This document shows positions 30,540 through 44,571 of a stretch of 64,000 nucleotides of DNA, one piece after another. Position 1 is the stretch's first letter. Each line of letters begins with the position of its first letter. Origin of the DNA: Eledone cirrhosa. Taxonomy: Eukaryota. The DNA lies in NCBI GenBank assembly GCA_964016885.1, contig OZ024741.1, positions 135,718,001 through 135,782,000 on the forward strand. Direction: 5' to 3'. Below the pieces are notes generated by a model, which searched no databases, had not been told where the DNA came from, and saw nothing but the letters and a program-made list of their open reading frames with translations. The position numbers and the translations under genes are program-made.

Positions 30540-31231
30540 TTAATATTTTTTAAGGCAACGCTTGTAATAACTCTAGTTAAACATGGTATATATTAATAAT
30601 AAATAATCGTTGTAATGTAATTAGATTATATAATTGTTATTTTATAAATGATCTTATAAATATTATTGTAAGATGTCTAAAAATATTTTCAGACTTTTAA
30701 TATAAACAATTACAAAAAACAATCAATATTAAATAAATATATTTTACATAATAATTGTTACAGCTGAATTAATAAAAAATAAATAAAACATACAAATAGT
30801 CTAACATAATAATAAAAAAAAATAATCTAACATAAAACGAACAATAATATGATACAACCAATATTATAAGCATGTTATAACGAACTGAAAAAAAAATAGT
30901 TAATATAAATTTAAAAAATCATATATAAATTAACAATATAACTTACCAAAACGAGAAAAATATTTTGATGATAAACGACGAAATACAGGAGGAAGATTCG
31001 AAAGCGAAACGATAAATAAACGGGTAAACAAAGTGGCGGATGCTTTTGAGCAACAATTACTCTCATTGGTTGATTAACCAATAAGACAATACATTACAAA
31101 AGATGTTTGGTAGGGATCACCACGTTCAGCGAAACCGCCTTGAATTTTTTATACGCATATATGTCAGACATGCAGACTTAAAACATTATGTATATATATG
31201 TGTGTGTATATATATATATATACATACAAAC

Positions 31232-31268
<37 letters not shown>

Positions 31269-32662
31269 CACATATATATATATATATGTATGTACAACTA
31301 AAAAAATAAAATGAATTAAAAAATCTGAATAGGGAAAGCCAACGGGAGGCTAATTAAGCATAACAAATAGATTTTAAAAACATTGGAGTCTATAGAAACC
31401 GTAAAGCAGCTAGGAGGTTTTCTGGGTAGACAGAAATTGAGGAATACGTTATGGGTTCCTGTGTCCGTAGAACGCTAAGAAATAACAAGATAATACAATG
31501 TTGCACTCGTAGTACTTAAGGTCCGCTTTTTGCCTACTGTGTCATGATAAATATCCCTGAGAATTGTGTTATGTGTTTACTTGACAGTGGAATGCTCAAC
31601 CACTCACACGACAATAAAGGAGGACTCTATCGGTATTTCAAAAGACAAGATTTTTAACCTACTGCGTCGCACTGAATTTCCCTAAGGGTTCATGTGTCTG
31701 TTGAATGCTTAGCCAATTACGTAAGGCTAGTTTTCTCACACTGTGTCTCACGGAATTGCATTGCTACACGTGTCTGTGTTATACTCACTCAAGTGCATGT
31801 TAATTTCACGAGCTGGCTGTTACATTGATCAAACAACTGGAACACACATCGTCGAAACCGATTGTGGTCTATTCCATCTACACTAGTAAATTTCTAGTAG
31901 AGGCATATTACTTTATATTTAAGAGGTGGTTACAGTCAGTTTTGATACCAAACCCCTTGAAACTCTTCAATTTATGATGTTAACATTTATTTAAAGACCT
32001 TCCATCATAATTTTCTGTAAGGACTTTCAAAAGATATGTTCTAAATACCAGCTTAATATTGAGAAAGTTAGTTATATTACTAAATTCTTTAAATTTTGAT
32101 TATTTTCATAGACAGTGTCTTTCCTTAAGAATATTGTGACGAAAGGATTAATATATTCATAATTATGTAATATGTAAAAACCTCCAATAATAATTTTAGT
32201 TAAGGACTTTCATTAAGTTATCTTCCAAACTCAATAACGAGAAAGTTAGTTATACAAATTCTTAATTATGCTGCAAATTTGATGTAAATCATAGACAGTG
32301 CAACGGGTTAAACACCATAGGATGGTAACTATTTGGTCTACAGCTAAAGTAGAGAGAGAGAGGGAGAGAGGGAGACAGAGAAAGAAAGAGATAGATATAT
32401 AGATAGAGAGAGAGAGTGAGTCAAAGGCGGGGATTTAAGATAGATGTGAGTGTATGTAGGCGGATGGGTGAATGGATGTATGTAAGTGAGTATGAATGGT
32501 AAGATCAATTTAGGTGTGTGTACACAATTCAACGTATAAAGTGTACAAACAGTTTTGTTATCTTAAAGTCTATAACATGTTTACAAAGATAACATTACAC
32601 ATGGATTCAAATACCTGCATACATAAGTACATACAAAAGCACATATGTATATATACATACAT

Positions 32663-32714
<52 letters not shown>

Positions 32715-32804
32715 GGTAACAGATTATTGTTATAGGTAGTCCACTTAAAAAAAACCTTTTTTGTATAGCAAACCGTGTCACTCTTCTTTCCTGATATATA
32801 TATA

Positions 32805-32972
32805 TATAAGAAAGATTGGAGACCCCGACGGCTGGGCTCTTGCTGTTTCAATAGCTAGATCCGAACAGTTCGGGGATAGCTGTTGAAACGGCATATTACC
32901 CACTCTACTACGCCCAGTATGTAGTACTCTGGTGAGTAATGGTCTAACTGGTTTTTAGCGCTTCCATTCTGA
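32805..32972 (+). mobile_element. Relative of the 18948-19142 fold-back element, flanked by (TA)n
   Basis: Shares GACCCCGACGGC..GCTC..GTTTC, GAAACGGC and the tail ACCCACTCTACTAC...TACTCTGGTG. Confidence 0.65.
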
Positions 32973-33569
32973 TATATATATATATATAGAAGGCCAAAGC
33001 TAAACAGAAAAAATGAATGGAATAACAACAACACCCAAACAAACAATACTGACCTAAGAGAAATATAAATAAATAAATAAATATATACACAAGCACAATA
33101 ACAACAAACACATATAAACACACACTAGTAAACTAAGACAGAATACAATAACCAAAACACAGTCATCCAAACGCGAACACACATCAAACACTATACACAC
33201 ACGCAAACGCATGCGCAGAGAAGAAGACAAAAATAAATAAATAAACAGATTAAATAATGATGGCGTAGACATACAATACAACAGGAGGAAACATAATTGC
33301 ACCACTGACGAGGTTGCAGATGTGAAACGAAAGAACTTTGTTAGAATATATATATGTGTTTGTGTCTATATTATATCTGTATTTTTGACCGTTGGTCATC
33401 AATGGTAAACATTGAGGACCGAATAAATTAACTGATATAAACGATACAGAAGCTAAAACCAACCAAACAGTGAGTGTGTTCTGTTATTAATTCTGGCAAT
33501 ATTTTTACAACAATATGACCCCCCCCCCCTCCACACACACATATATATATATATATATACATATATATG

Positions 33570-33808
33570 AGTTGTGAGTTCAATTCTCGGACCGCGTGAT
33601 GTGTTGTTTCCTTGAGCAAGACACTTTATTTCACGTTGCTCCAGTTTACTCAGCTGAAAATGAGTATCAGCAATGGCTGTAGGTTTAACCCTGCGATAGA
33701 CTGGCGTCTTATCCAGGGGGGAGTTTGTACTCTCAGTCGCTTCACGCCATGAAACCGGGATAAGCACCGGCCAAATGAGCCTTCTGGCTCAAGACAGACT
33801 TTAGACTT
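33570..33808 (+). mobile_element. SINE family B (tRNA-like head); older copies at ~37730-37985(-), ~39390-39670(-) and ~58470-58710
   Basis: GAGTTCAATTC (B-box-like), CCTTGAGCAAGACACTT, CCCTGCGATAGACTGGCGTC, GAAACCGGGATAAGC. Confidence 0.75.
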
Positions 33809-33818
33809 ATATATATAT

Positions 33819-33899
<81 letters not shown>

Positions 33900-34443
33900 A
33901 ACAGTGAATATGAAAACATACTATATGTTTATATACAATAAATATATGAGAGACACACTATCGAAGAAAAAATATTTTTTCGTTATGAAAAAATTATTTT
34001 TCTCTTTTTCACTCTCTGAAAATGTCACATATACCTGAGGCCGTTGGAAATGCCAGTCAGCTATTTCAAGATTCCTTTATCTCTGATCAGTGACATTCAC
34101 TCGACTGGAACTGAGATAAAAGTAGAATAGAACCTATATAGATTTGCATGATTAACATTTACTGGAAATGCCTAGGTTAGAAACGCAATACTGCAATGCT
34201 ATTTTCCCGGCACACTATGGAATCTGCCAATAAACACCACTCACCCCTTTATTAATACTGTCGGCGATAAAGATCTTTAAAACAATGGAACACCCCAGCA
34301 GTTTTATTGATGCCTGACTTTTTCTCAAAAGCAGGTTAGTTTTGAGTATACGACGTCAATTATTTCTTCAAATATTTCGTGAAATATTTGACAAAATTTT
34401 AACCCATATTTCTGAGTTTTATTTGCTTTATATATATATATAT

Positions 34444-37115
34444 CTTTAGCTTAGTTATAGATGTTATCGACACTTTAGCAGGGTGGTAGAATCAGTGGTC
34501 GTTAGTTGCCAGTGTGGTAAGTGATAGTATCCTCGTTGGATTATCTTGTTGTCATAGACGTGAGGGAAGATCCCTCGATCTATTTACCATCTATTTACAA
34601 TATTCCTTTCGTCAGGTCGCCAATTCCAGCAGCATGGATAAAAGATGTTATTGAGACACGAGTAACATAATAACGACTTCAACCGCAGTAATTAGAGATG
34701 AAATGTCTGTTTATTTATATAGTTGAAGTTACAGGTAAAAAGAGGTTACAAAAGGGAATGTGCCATTGCGCCGTTAAGCCGGCGAGGCTAGGGGTGCAAT
34801 ATCTCACTGTTACATTATGCGTGTTGCTGGCTTGAAGTTTTCGGTACAAGAGCGAGATTCTTCAAATCTTCGCGGGGAATTTCTTCCTCAGGGCGCGTAG
34901 GGATACATCCTCTTCTACTGGCGCTGATTGACTGAACTGAGCCAAATCACGCACAGAGAATGTATGTGAGCCCGCGGAATGTAGGTCACTACATCACCTC
35001 CAACCAGATTTTCAGCCGAAAATCGATAACGAAGAAACCAAGGATCCACATATTATTAAATCAGCAAGAACAAATGCTGAAAGAGCACATCAGTGAAAAA
35101 ATAATTGAGCAGAAGGTTGCATGCAAGAACAAAAAATGAGGCGCTACGGGCCGTGTCAAATGACCAGTTGTTTTGTTGTTTATACGTGACCGCCAAAGGT
35201 CTAACAAAAAACGGATAAAATCTGACATGGGCGAGGTTGCTGTTCTTGCATTAAATGTTAATGGTAAGCGTTGTACCAGTAGCTGTGAACGAAGCTATTA
35301 TGGTAGTTTACCAGTGCTGGCGAGAAAATGATGGCCCCCAGATGTATTGTCGAATGTGCTGTGGAGCCAGGAAAAAATGGCTGGTTGCTTTGTAAAGAAC
35401 AAAAGGCAAGTTTAATCTGTAGGTGGGTTGCAGTGTAAATTCCATAATTCGGGCGAATCCACAGAAGTGGCCGAAATGCTAACAAGTCCAGTTCAATTTG
35501 TTGCTTTCCCAGCGAGTCGGGCAAAAACAACAAGACGGATGGCCGTCATGGACGATCAGTGTGCAACGAGATGCGAAGCTGTTTGAGTTCAGCTGCACTG
35601 TATTCTCGTGTTGCGGTGCCTGTTTGAATCCAGTGGATTAAGCTCTGTGAGCTGCTAGCATGTGACAGCATCTCAACCAGGTGAAAAGGGACTCGCAGAA
35701 TATTACGTTTGAAGAACATATACCAAGACCAACATGTTGGTGTGTGATAAAAAAAATGTGTGCATATGCAGGCATGTAAAACAGCAAAGAATGTGAATGA
35801 ACAAAAACCATGAGCAAGCAAATAGCAAAAGAGCACAAAACAAGTAAATGCATTCTACAAAGAAATATGTGAATGTAACAAACTGATAATTCAAAGTCAA
35901 TCTAGGGGAGCAGAGAAATTGCTCAATAAGTTCAAAGTTTTTCAAAGTCAAATAGTTCACACATCACCAGTGTACAGACACTAGTTCTATCTGAAAACTG
36001 AAAAAGAAGTTTGTTAATGCCGTTAGGGGTTAGCTGTATGGTGTTTTTGTGAGATTTCGTGGCCATTTTACCGTCCCGAAGGTTTTGTTGCTTATTGTTA
36101 AAGCAAAGTCAAAGAATCTTCTGTAGAGTAGGAGTCACCAAATATGGCAGTCACGTCTGACGCCATAATGGTGAGAAACTACTGTCTCAATTTCTCGCGT
36201 CCCTGTGGTAACGAGACAGAAGGTATGGTGGTTGCGTCGGTAAAGTTACAAGCCGTTTTGAAATTTCCGATGTGTGGTGGTTGGCGTCGGTAAGGTTATG
36301 AAGCTGCCACTCACTGTTCCCTGTATTGGTCAGTGGTTAAACAACGCTGTCGCTGCTGCTGTCATTGTTGTTGTCAAGCGTAGCCATGACATGTCGGTAG
36401 CCATCTTGAAATTTTTTCGTGGCGAAAAAGTTTTTGAAATACTGCTAATTTTTCAAAAATCTTAAAAGGAATATTCTGGATTTTCGCAAGTTGCGACGTG
36501 GCAATAAAAGTTAAACTGAATGAATAAGAAGGGCTGCGTGATATTCTTACGTCGGTCACCACTTTAGCAGTATTAGTTATAGATGTTATCGCCACTTTAG
36601 CAGGGTGGTAGAATCAGTGGTCGTTAGTTGCCAGTGTGGTAAGTGATAGTATCCTCGTTGGATTATCTTGTTGACATAGACGTGAGGGAAGGTCCCTCGA
36701 TCTATTTACCATCTATTTACAATATTCCTTTCGTCAGGTCGCCAATTCCAGCAGCATGGATAAAAGATGTTATTGAGACACGAGTAACATAATAACGACT
36801 TCAACCGCAGTAATTAGAGATGAAATGTCTGTTTATTTATATAGTTGAAGTTACAGGTAAAAAGAGGTTACAAAAGGGAATGTGCCATTGCACCGTTAAG
36901 CCGGCGAGGCTAGGGGTGCAATATCTCACTGTTACATTATGCGTGTTGCTGGCTTGAAGTTTCCGTTACAAGAGCGAGATTCTTCAAATCTTCGCGGGGA
37001 ATTTCTTCCTCAGGGCGCGTAGGGATACATCCTCTTCTACTGGCGCTGATTGGCTGAACTGAGCCAAATCACGCACAGAGAATGTATGTGAGCCGGCGGA
37101 ATGTAGGTCACTACA
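34444..37115 (-). mobile_element. Non-autonomous LTR retroelement with 543 bp shared direct repeats (34451-34993, 36573-37115) and ~1.55 kb non-coding interior
   Basis: About 8 substitutions between the repeats by eye. On the minus strand the LTRs start TGTAGTG, and a purine-rich GGTTGGAGGTGA precedes the 3' LTR. No gag/pol ORF. Confidence 0.88.
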
Positions 37116-37119
37116 TATC

Positions 37120-37400
37120 CATTAGTTTAGTTCAAATTCCGCCTAGGTTAGCTTTGCCTTTCATCCGTACGGGGTCGATAAAATAAAGTAGCAGTAATGC
37201 ACTAGTGCAAATTTAATCTACTTTCCATTCCCCCTAAAAATGACTGGCTTTGTGCCTAATGTAGAAATCATTACGCCGGGATTAGCTTTGCGTTCTATCC
37301 TTACAGGGTCGATAAAATAAAGTACCAGTACCGCGCTGGGGTCGATTTAATTGACATTTTCCCCCGCCAAAATTGTTGGCTTTGTGCCTAAATCAAAATC
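37120..37400 (+). mobile_element. Two tandem family A SINE fragments
   Basis: GCTTTGCCTTTCATCC..GGGGTCGATAAAATAAAGTA core occurs twice. Confidence 0.8.
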
Positions 37401-38279
37401 TATTAACTGTATCGATTAGTTTCTAATTTGATTTTGACATTACATTCAGTAATGAAATTATTAAACAACGGAATTATTCGTTAATGAAACGCTTTACATT
37501 CGTGATTATGTTTTCGATTCCTTCCATAGTCAAGATTGTTGACAGTAAATCGATGGGATACTTGTTCGCCAGGAGTTTCGAACGGTTTAATGATTAGCTA
37601 TAAAAATTTAACTCATTATTCAAGAATTAAAATATAGTAAATTGCGAATTTCTTTTTTAAAGCAACCCAAAGCTAATCGTTTAGACCAAACGGCACTAAT
37701 TTTATTCTCTCACTGTTTCATTCATTTAAAAAAGTCTGCCTCTCCAGAGGCTCATCAGGCCGGAGCTTATCTCGGTTTCCGTGGCGTGAAACGGTTGAGA
37801 GTATAAAACACCCCCAGGACAAGACGCTAGTCCATCGCTACATATGGTACTCATTTCCTGTTGAAAATACTGGAGCACATGAAATGCAGTGTTATTCTTA
37901 AGAACACAACAGTCCAGGAATTGAACCTACGAGACTATGATCGTAAGCCCAACACCCTTACCACTATATTATGCGTCTCCACTCATTAACTGTTTGATAA
38001 TCAGAGCTATGGGAGAAACAACTCATATAAGTTTACACAAAATAAATATATATACATATATTATGAAGAAATAAAACAAAACAAATATGAAATATGATGA
38101 AATCACCTATTTATATTTGAAGCAGCTGTCATAAAAATTTACATATTGCTAATATAGAAACCAGAATTAGATGTATGGATTTTTAATTCCTGGTGGAATT
38201 TTAGGAACAGCGGAATGACATTTTGAAGCTGATGGAGTCTATCTCATCTCCAAATCTGAACACAACAGATATTTTCAGC

Positions 38280-38479
<200 letters not shown>

Positions 38480-39189
38480 GTTGAAATAGATATAGAGGAG
38501 GAATCAACTCCAGAACCTGACTGATACTAGTTTTATTCATCTGGAGATGATGAAAAACAAAGTTGACCGTGGGAGGATTGGAGCTCAGAGGACAGAGAGC
38601 CGACGCTCTAACGACTAAGGTTATATTTGATCTAATAAGTTTAGGCTGGACTGAAGAAGTTATTTATGTAAGCCTTTAAATATACTCATTGCCTCCTTAA
38701 TATCGTTAGTGTCTTTGAGAAAGATATGTTGAGAATACAATAATTACTTAAGGCTGATAGCTTTAGTATCTGTCAATAATCGTAACTGAAATCTATTGAT
38801 CATGTGTCTATACTAGAATAACTTATTGGTTTCTAATTGCGACACAAAGCAAGGAATTTATGTTTAGGATGAGGTGAACGTTATTCAAATTGACACCAGT
38901 ATTTAACTTGTATTTTATTTTATCGACCCCCCACCAGAAGGAGGAAATAAAAAGTTGATATTGACGGGATTTGAACATAAAGACCTAGCGCGAACACTGA
39001 CTGCAATGGCATTTTATCCGACGCTCTACTAATTCTGCCAATCCATAGTGTCAGAAATAATTATTAGTTCATTTGGTGTCATGGTAATGAACTCGTGGAG
39101 AGTCGAATAATTTATCTGCGGCACTGAGTTACATTCCTCTAGCTCTTGTGGTGAGATACCATTATGGATTACCCGTGATTAATGATTAA

Positions 39190-39382
39190 AAGAGCGGTAT
39201 ATAGGCAGTATCGTTAGAGCATCAGACAACATGCTTAGTGACATATAATTACAGCCTGTTATGTTCTGAGATCAGATCTCGCCGAGGTTAGCTTTGCCTT
39301 TCATCCTTACGGGGTCGATAAAATACAGTACCAGTAACGAACTGGGGTCGCTTCAATCGATTTTCTCCTCCCCACGAATTGT
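39190..39382 (+). mobile_element. Family A SINE, near full length
   Basis: Aligns with the 55501-55695 copy. Confidence 0.8.
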
Positions 39383-41086
39383 TAAAAGTTAACGTCTGTC
39401 TCTTGCACAAACGTTCTTCGGCGTAATGTTTCTCCCGGTTTCATTAGTGTTTATCAACTGGATGTTTGAGACTCACATCTGTGTAAGACTTTCAGCCTAT
39501 TGCAGTATTAATTCCCCGTTACTGCTGTCATTCATTTACAACTGAAAAGATTCGAGTGACGGGACAGGAGGTTTCATGTTCTAGAAAACAACTCGCTGAC
39601 TGGTCTAGGATTCAAACCTAGGACATTACGATTATGTAACCAATACCTTAACCACTAGGCTACACACTTTCATGTCATCATATATGGACCTATAAAATAA
39701 GTACCAGGCAAATTAGGGAGTAATTTTAGTTGCAAGTATAATCCGCATGTGGAATTTGGGTTGGTGCGCTTATGTCCAAAATCTATATTTGCGCTATGAT
39801 CAATAAAAATTTACACTATTCAAATGTTTATTCTGTGTTAAACGCTACACCTAACAAACAAACACTCACACATATCGATGCAAACACAAGCATATAGACA
39901 CACAGACACACATACACACAGACACACAGACACACAAGAACACAGTTACAGAAGCGACACAACCACACACACATAGTGGGGTACGCATACAAAAACACAC
40001 ACACATCACACAGACAGACAGAGATACAAGCACATACATACATACACATACACAAACACAGAGACTGACATACCGGCACACACATATACATACACACAAA
40101 CAGACACTCGCACACACGCAGAAACACTGACAGACAAACACTCACGCGCAGACACACACAAACACACGTAAATGCAGGTAAACATACACATCTAGACAAA
40201 CTCATGCACATACACACATACATTCACCGAAACATCTGTCATGATTATGTTTTTGTGAATTCCTATTTCCATCTCTTAAAGAAAAAAACAAATACTCGTC
40301 TGAAAATAAATTGAAAATATATTTATTTAAGAAATAATTTTGTTTATACGACTATAAAATTAAAATATATTATATAAAAAAATAATGCGTTCGGGTGTCA
40401 GATAAAATAGTTCCATATTTGTTCCGTCACAATTTCGTCTTTCAACCTTTCGGGGTTGATAAATGAAGAGGAAATTTTGCCTCAAATATTTGTTGACACA
40501 CATAAACAACGCATGATTTCTTAATATCAGGCAACTCTAGAGATTGAATATATGTTTCTAGGGCGATATAATAAGATACAAAAATATCCGTTGATTTCAT
40601 CAAGTTGGTTGATACTCAAGGTCCATACAACTGCATTGCTCTTGAATTGTTTCAAAAGACTGTAATCAGCTCAGGTTGCAAGAAACATTTCTCTTCCTTA
40701 CTTCTCATTGCCTGTAACTACGAGGATAGTCTTAAATGAACATATTCCTTCTGGTAATATCTATACTGCGAAAAGGTTTGTGTGTGTGAGCGCGCTTGCT
40801 TCCATCCCCATCATATCTCTGAAGTTGTATATCAGAACGGATACGATTTCTTTTGAAACAATTGACGTTCCTCTCAAAAGCAAGCATCCTTTCTAAATTT
40901 ACGATCTATAGAATCTCTATTGTATTGTTATCATTATCTGATTTTATTCGGGAATCACGATATATATTGATTCCAGAGTTGGGCCAGATCGATAGAGATA
41001 GAACCTTGAGGTGATCAATCGCGAAACGTGTGTTACACCTCAATAAACAAAATATAAGATCTAACACTTCATCCTTTTTATTATTA

Positions 41087-41134
<48 letters not shown>

Positions 41135-41138
<4 letters not shown>

Positions 41139-41471
41139 AAAGTTCTATTTAAAATTGTTGGGATACAACAAGTAAATATTTTTATAACTGATATAAAGCA
41201 CTCGACAAATTTTTGGAGTAGATATACGATATTAATAAATTGAAACTATATTTATAAAACCATATTTATTTCATTATACATATTTCAGGGATACCACATT
41301 AAATTATGGTATGCCTTCATCAGACAAAATACAATATATAACAGTTTTACAAATAGGTTATATATTGTATTTTGTCTGATGAAGGCATACCATAATTTAA
41401 TGTGGTATCCCTGAAATATGTATAATGAAATAAATATGGTTTTATAAATATAGTTTCCATTTATTAATATC

Positions 41472-41476
<5 letters not shown>
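41135..41476. mobile_element. Fold-back element (arms ~41224-41342 / 41357-41475) with a complete hammerhead on each strand; tail on the left
   Basis: Plus 41369-41431: ATTTTGT-CTGATGA-agg c ataccat...gtggtat ccct-GAAA-TATGTA-TA-ATGAAAT; mirror at 41268-41330. Confidence 0.8.
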
Positions 41477-41501
<25 letters not shown>

Positions 41502-41508
<7 letters not shown>

Positions 41509-41687
41509 TGAGATTCTACAGGACTAGAACTGTTTCATTCTTTAGAAATCATCAGGAATCCTGATGATTTCTAAAGAATGAAACAGTTCTAGTTCTGTAA
41601 AATCTCATCTATATTAAAACTTTTATACTCTGCAATGTATTGAGTACCTTACTTACTGTGGTTACCTCCGATTCAACCCGGAATAAC

Positions 41688-41692
<5 letters not shown>
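41502..41692. mobile_element. Fold-back element with back-to-back hammerheads (arms 41502-41556 / 41560-41614) and an ~80 bp tail
   Basis: Flanked by (TA)n; same family as 63345-63555 and the fragment at 21531-21570. Confidence 0.85.
41512..41560 (-). ncRNA. Minimal type I hammerhead ribozyme, intact
   Basis: GATTC-CTGATGA-tttc taaa gaat-GAAA-CAG ttctagtc CTG-TA-GAATC: perfect stem I, canonical core and GUA triplet. Confidence 0.85.
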
Positions 41693-41727
<35 letters not shown>

Positions 41728-41924
41728 GTATTCCCATGTTTATATATGCATAGGCAACGGTGATGACATAAATGTTTACTATTAGTATATATACAAGGTC
41801 AGACTAGTTCTCGTTTTCAGATTCCTAAAAATAAGTGACATCTGTGCGATTGTTTTGGGGATAGATTTCATAAAACAACAACTGGCTATACTAGGACTGT
41901 GCTGGCATTTGGCTGGGTCTGGGA

Positions 41925-42250
41925 TCGTGCTCAATTAGGTTACGGCTGGGTCAGTCTAGAGCTGGGTTAGTCTAGAGCTAAGCTTGTCTAGAGCTGGGCT
42001 TGTCTAGAGCTAGGTTTGTCTAGAGCTAGGCTAGTCAAAAGCTAGGCTTGTCTTTCAGTTACCCAGTCTCGAGCTGAACTTATACTTGGCTAGACTGGCC
42101 AAGGGTGAAACTGGGCTGGAATAGTAATAGGCTACAATTGCGACAGCGCTGAGCCTGGCTTGGCTACGTCTACAGCTATGTTAGGCTTAGGGTTAAGTTA
42201 GGAGTGGGCTACGACTAGAGCCGAACTGGACTAGGTTAGGCATGGGCTGT
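41925..42250 (+). repeat. 16 bp minisatellite (GTCTAGAGCTRGGCTW) with a degenerate periphery
   Basis: About 6 clear units at 41954-42053. Confidence 0.8.
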
Positions 42251-42834
42251 TTTACGATATGAAGATATATCTTGCTTTAGAAACTGAATATATGACTAAT
42301 AGCCAAGCAGCGGTTGGAATGTTATTATTGCTGCTACATCCTGGGAACAGTTATTCGACTTTAAAAAATGGCGAGTATTTGTTACCTTATCGTCATCCTT
42401 GTCAATCAATTAATTCTCCTCCTTCACCCATAGCTACGTCGACCACAAATATTTCCTATTCACGTCTGGATTCTCCTCCTCCCTTTCCCCCTCTCTCTCC
42501 TCTCTTTCTCGCGCCCTCTTTCCACCTCGCGCATCCCTCTCTTTGTCACACTCTCACTCTATCTCTCTCGCCTTTCTCTTTTTACCACCCTCTCTCCACC
42601 TCTCTTATCCGTCACTCTGTCACGCTCTGTGTATTTCGTAATATGTTGCGTCCGATCAATGATTCAATTTCTCCAAGTGATACATACAGTTGGTTACTGT
42701 AGCCTCCTTTTTCTCTCATTGACTTCTAGTTTGATTATGTGACTGCACGCTGGTACACTAATGCACACACAGACGTACACATACTTATACAACACACAGA
42801 CATATACACACACACAAACATAGGCACGCGCACA

Positions 42835-42866
<32 letters not shown>

Positions 42867-43016
42867 AAATCCTCACTCATCATATCTAAAGGTAAGTTTT
42901 CCATAAAAAATATCAACCCATCTACTCTTCACTCAGTGTTTTGGCATCACACCTTTGTTCAGCAAATTGAAATTCGGGAGTTAACATGTAAGATGTTGAG
43001 TTTTCCATTAATGTAA

Positions 43017-43466
43017 CTAGCAGAAAAACCACCGTTCCGGTGGTTTTTTGCTAGCATGTGTAGTGTGTATATTGATATTATACGCAGATATATAAACATG
43101 TAGATATGCTACATCAAATAAAATCGTAATTGACAATATATAATACATAGAAATTGAACGAAGACTGCGTTACACTGTCTTATATAATCAGTAACGTGAT
43201 CCATCATACATTAAAAAATACTATATTATATATAAACTGCATTAGGAGAAAATTAGTGACAGAAAATTAGTATGTTTATTTTCGCGATGGCCAACCGGAA
43301 GTGTTGACATTTCAGAAATTATAAATAAGTGAATCTTTAAATAAACAAAATATATTTAATCAACAATCACGAAATTTATTCAAAGTAATCCAACATATTT
43401 TACTAATGGGATAAAAAATTATAAACCGTACGCAGTCCCGCGCTCCTTACTTTATTATAGTTTAGA
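43017..43466 (-). mobile_element. Non-autonomous Helitron
   Basis: Minus strand A|TCTAAACTATAATAAAG ... AAAAACCACCG gaa CGGTGGTTTTT ctg CTAG|T: 5' TC, subterminal hairpin, 3' CTAG, A^T insertion site. Confidence 0.8.
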
Positions 43467-43903
43467 TACTCAAACAGAATCAGCGTGACAATATGAGAGG
43501 AGGCTGGAATTAGGAATTATATGTCCAATCCATCCTTCGGGTTTCTATACAGCTTTTCATTTATCCAATTTCCTTGACTAGGCTTGGGTCGATCTTGTGT
43601 AGGTGTTAATGACACCTACCCAAGATGCCATGCCGTGGAATAGAACACCAGACCTCCTGATTGCGGACCGAATTTCCTAATTATCCCTGCGTCCATAACA
43701 AAAAAAAACTGTTTACCAAATCCTTCCTTTCCAAAACTGCACACCTCTGAAAATATCTTTCTGTTTAGAAGCAGATCTGGTTGTGTGTTTAAGAATTTCA
43801 TTTACACCCACGGGTTTAGTCCCTTTTCGTTGCACATTGAGCATGTGTCTCTTATTGTAACTACATGTTAACCGATGCCTTGTGAATGGTAGACTGTAAC
43901 GTC

Positions 43904-43954
<51 letters not shown>

Positions 43955-44002
43955 TATATATGTATGTATATATATATATATATATATATAAATATATATA
44001 TG

Positions 44003-44065
<63 letters not shown>

Positions 44066-44071
<6 letters not shown>

Positions 44072-44447
44072 AAAGGATAACAAGGACGATTGATTACTCC
44101 TTCATTGCATTTATTGATAGGTGACACGCGTTTCGCCACTGATCAGCTCAAGGTTCGATCTGTATCGATCCTACCCGACTCAATAATCGGCAGCTCGATT
44201 ATAAGAGGGTCCATCGAGCTGCCGATTATTGAGTCGGGTAGGATTGATACAGTTCGAACCTTGAGCTGATCAGTGGCGAAACGCGCGTCACCTATCAATA
44301 AATGCAATGAAGGAGTAATCAATCGTCCTTGTTATCCTTTCAATATATTACACTCTGTATAGCTCTACACCTCATCACAGAAGTGAACCTAAACATCGAG
44401 TGCTCTCCCGGGTGAACCTGCAGTAACTCCTAGTTACACCCCCTGGA
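44066..44447 (+). mobile_element. Fold-back element (arms ~44066-44199 / 44213-44347) plus 100 bp tail, with a hammerhead 3' half
   Basis: GAAACGCGCGTC (44278-44289) followed by AATAAA; single-arm relatives at 63130-63265 and ~40975-41050. Confidence 0.8.
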
Positions 44448-44463
44448 TATATATATTTATATA

Positions 44464-44571
<108 letters not shown>

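Noticed and set aside
44265-44289. CTGATCA-gtggc-GAAA as a complete hammerhead core
   Set aside because: The G8 position is C, which breaks the C3-G8 pair, and stem I does not pair; counted only as a 3' half.
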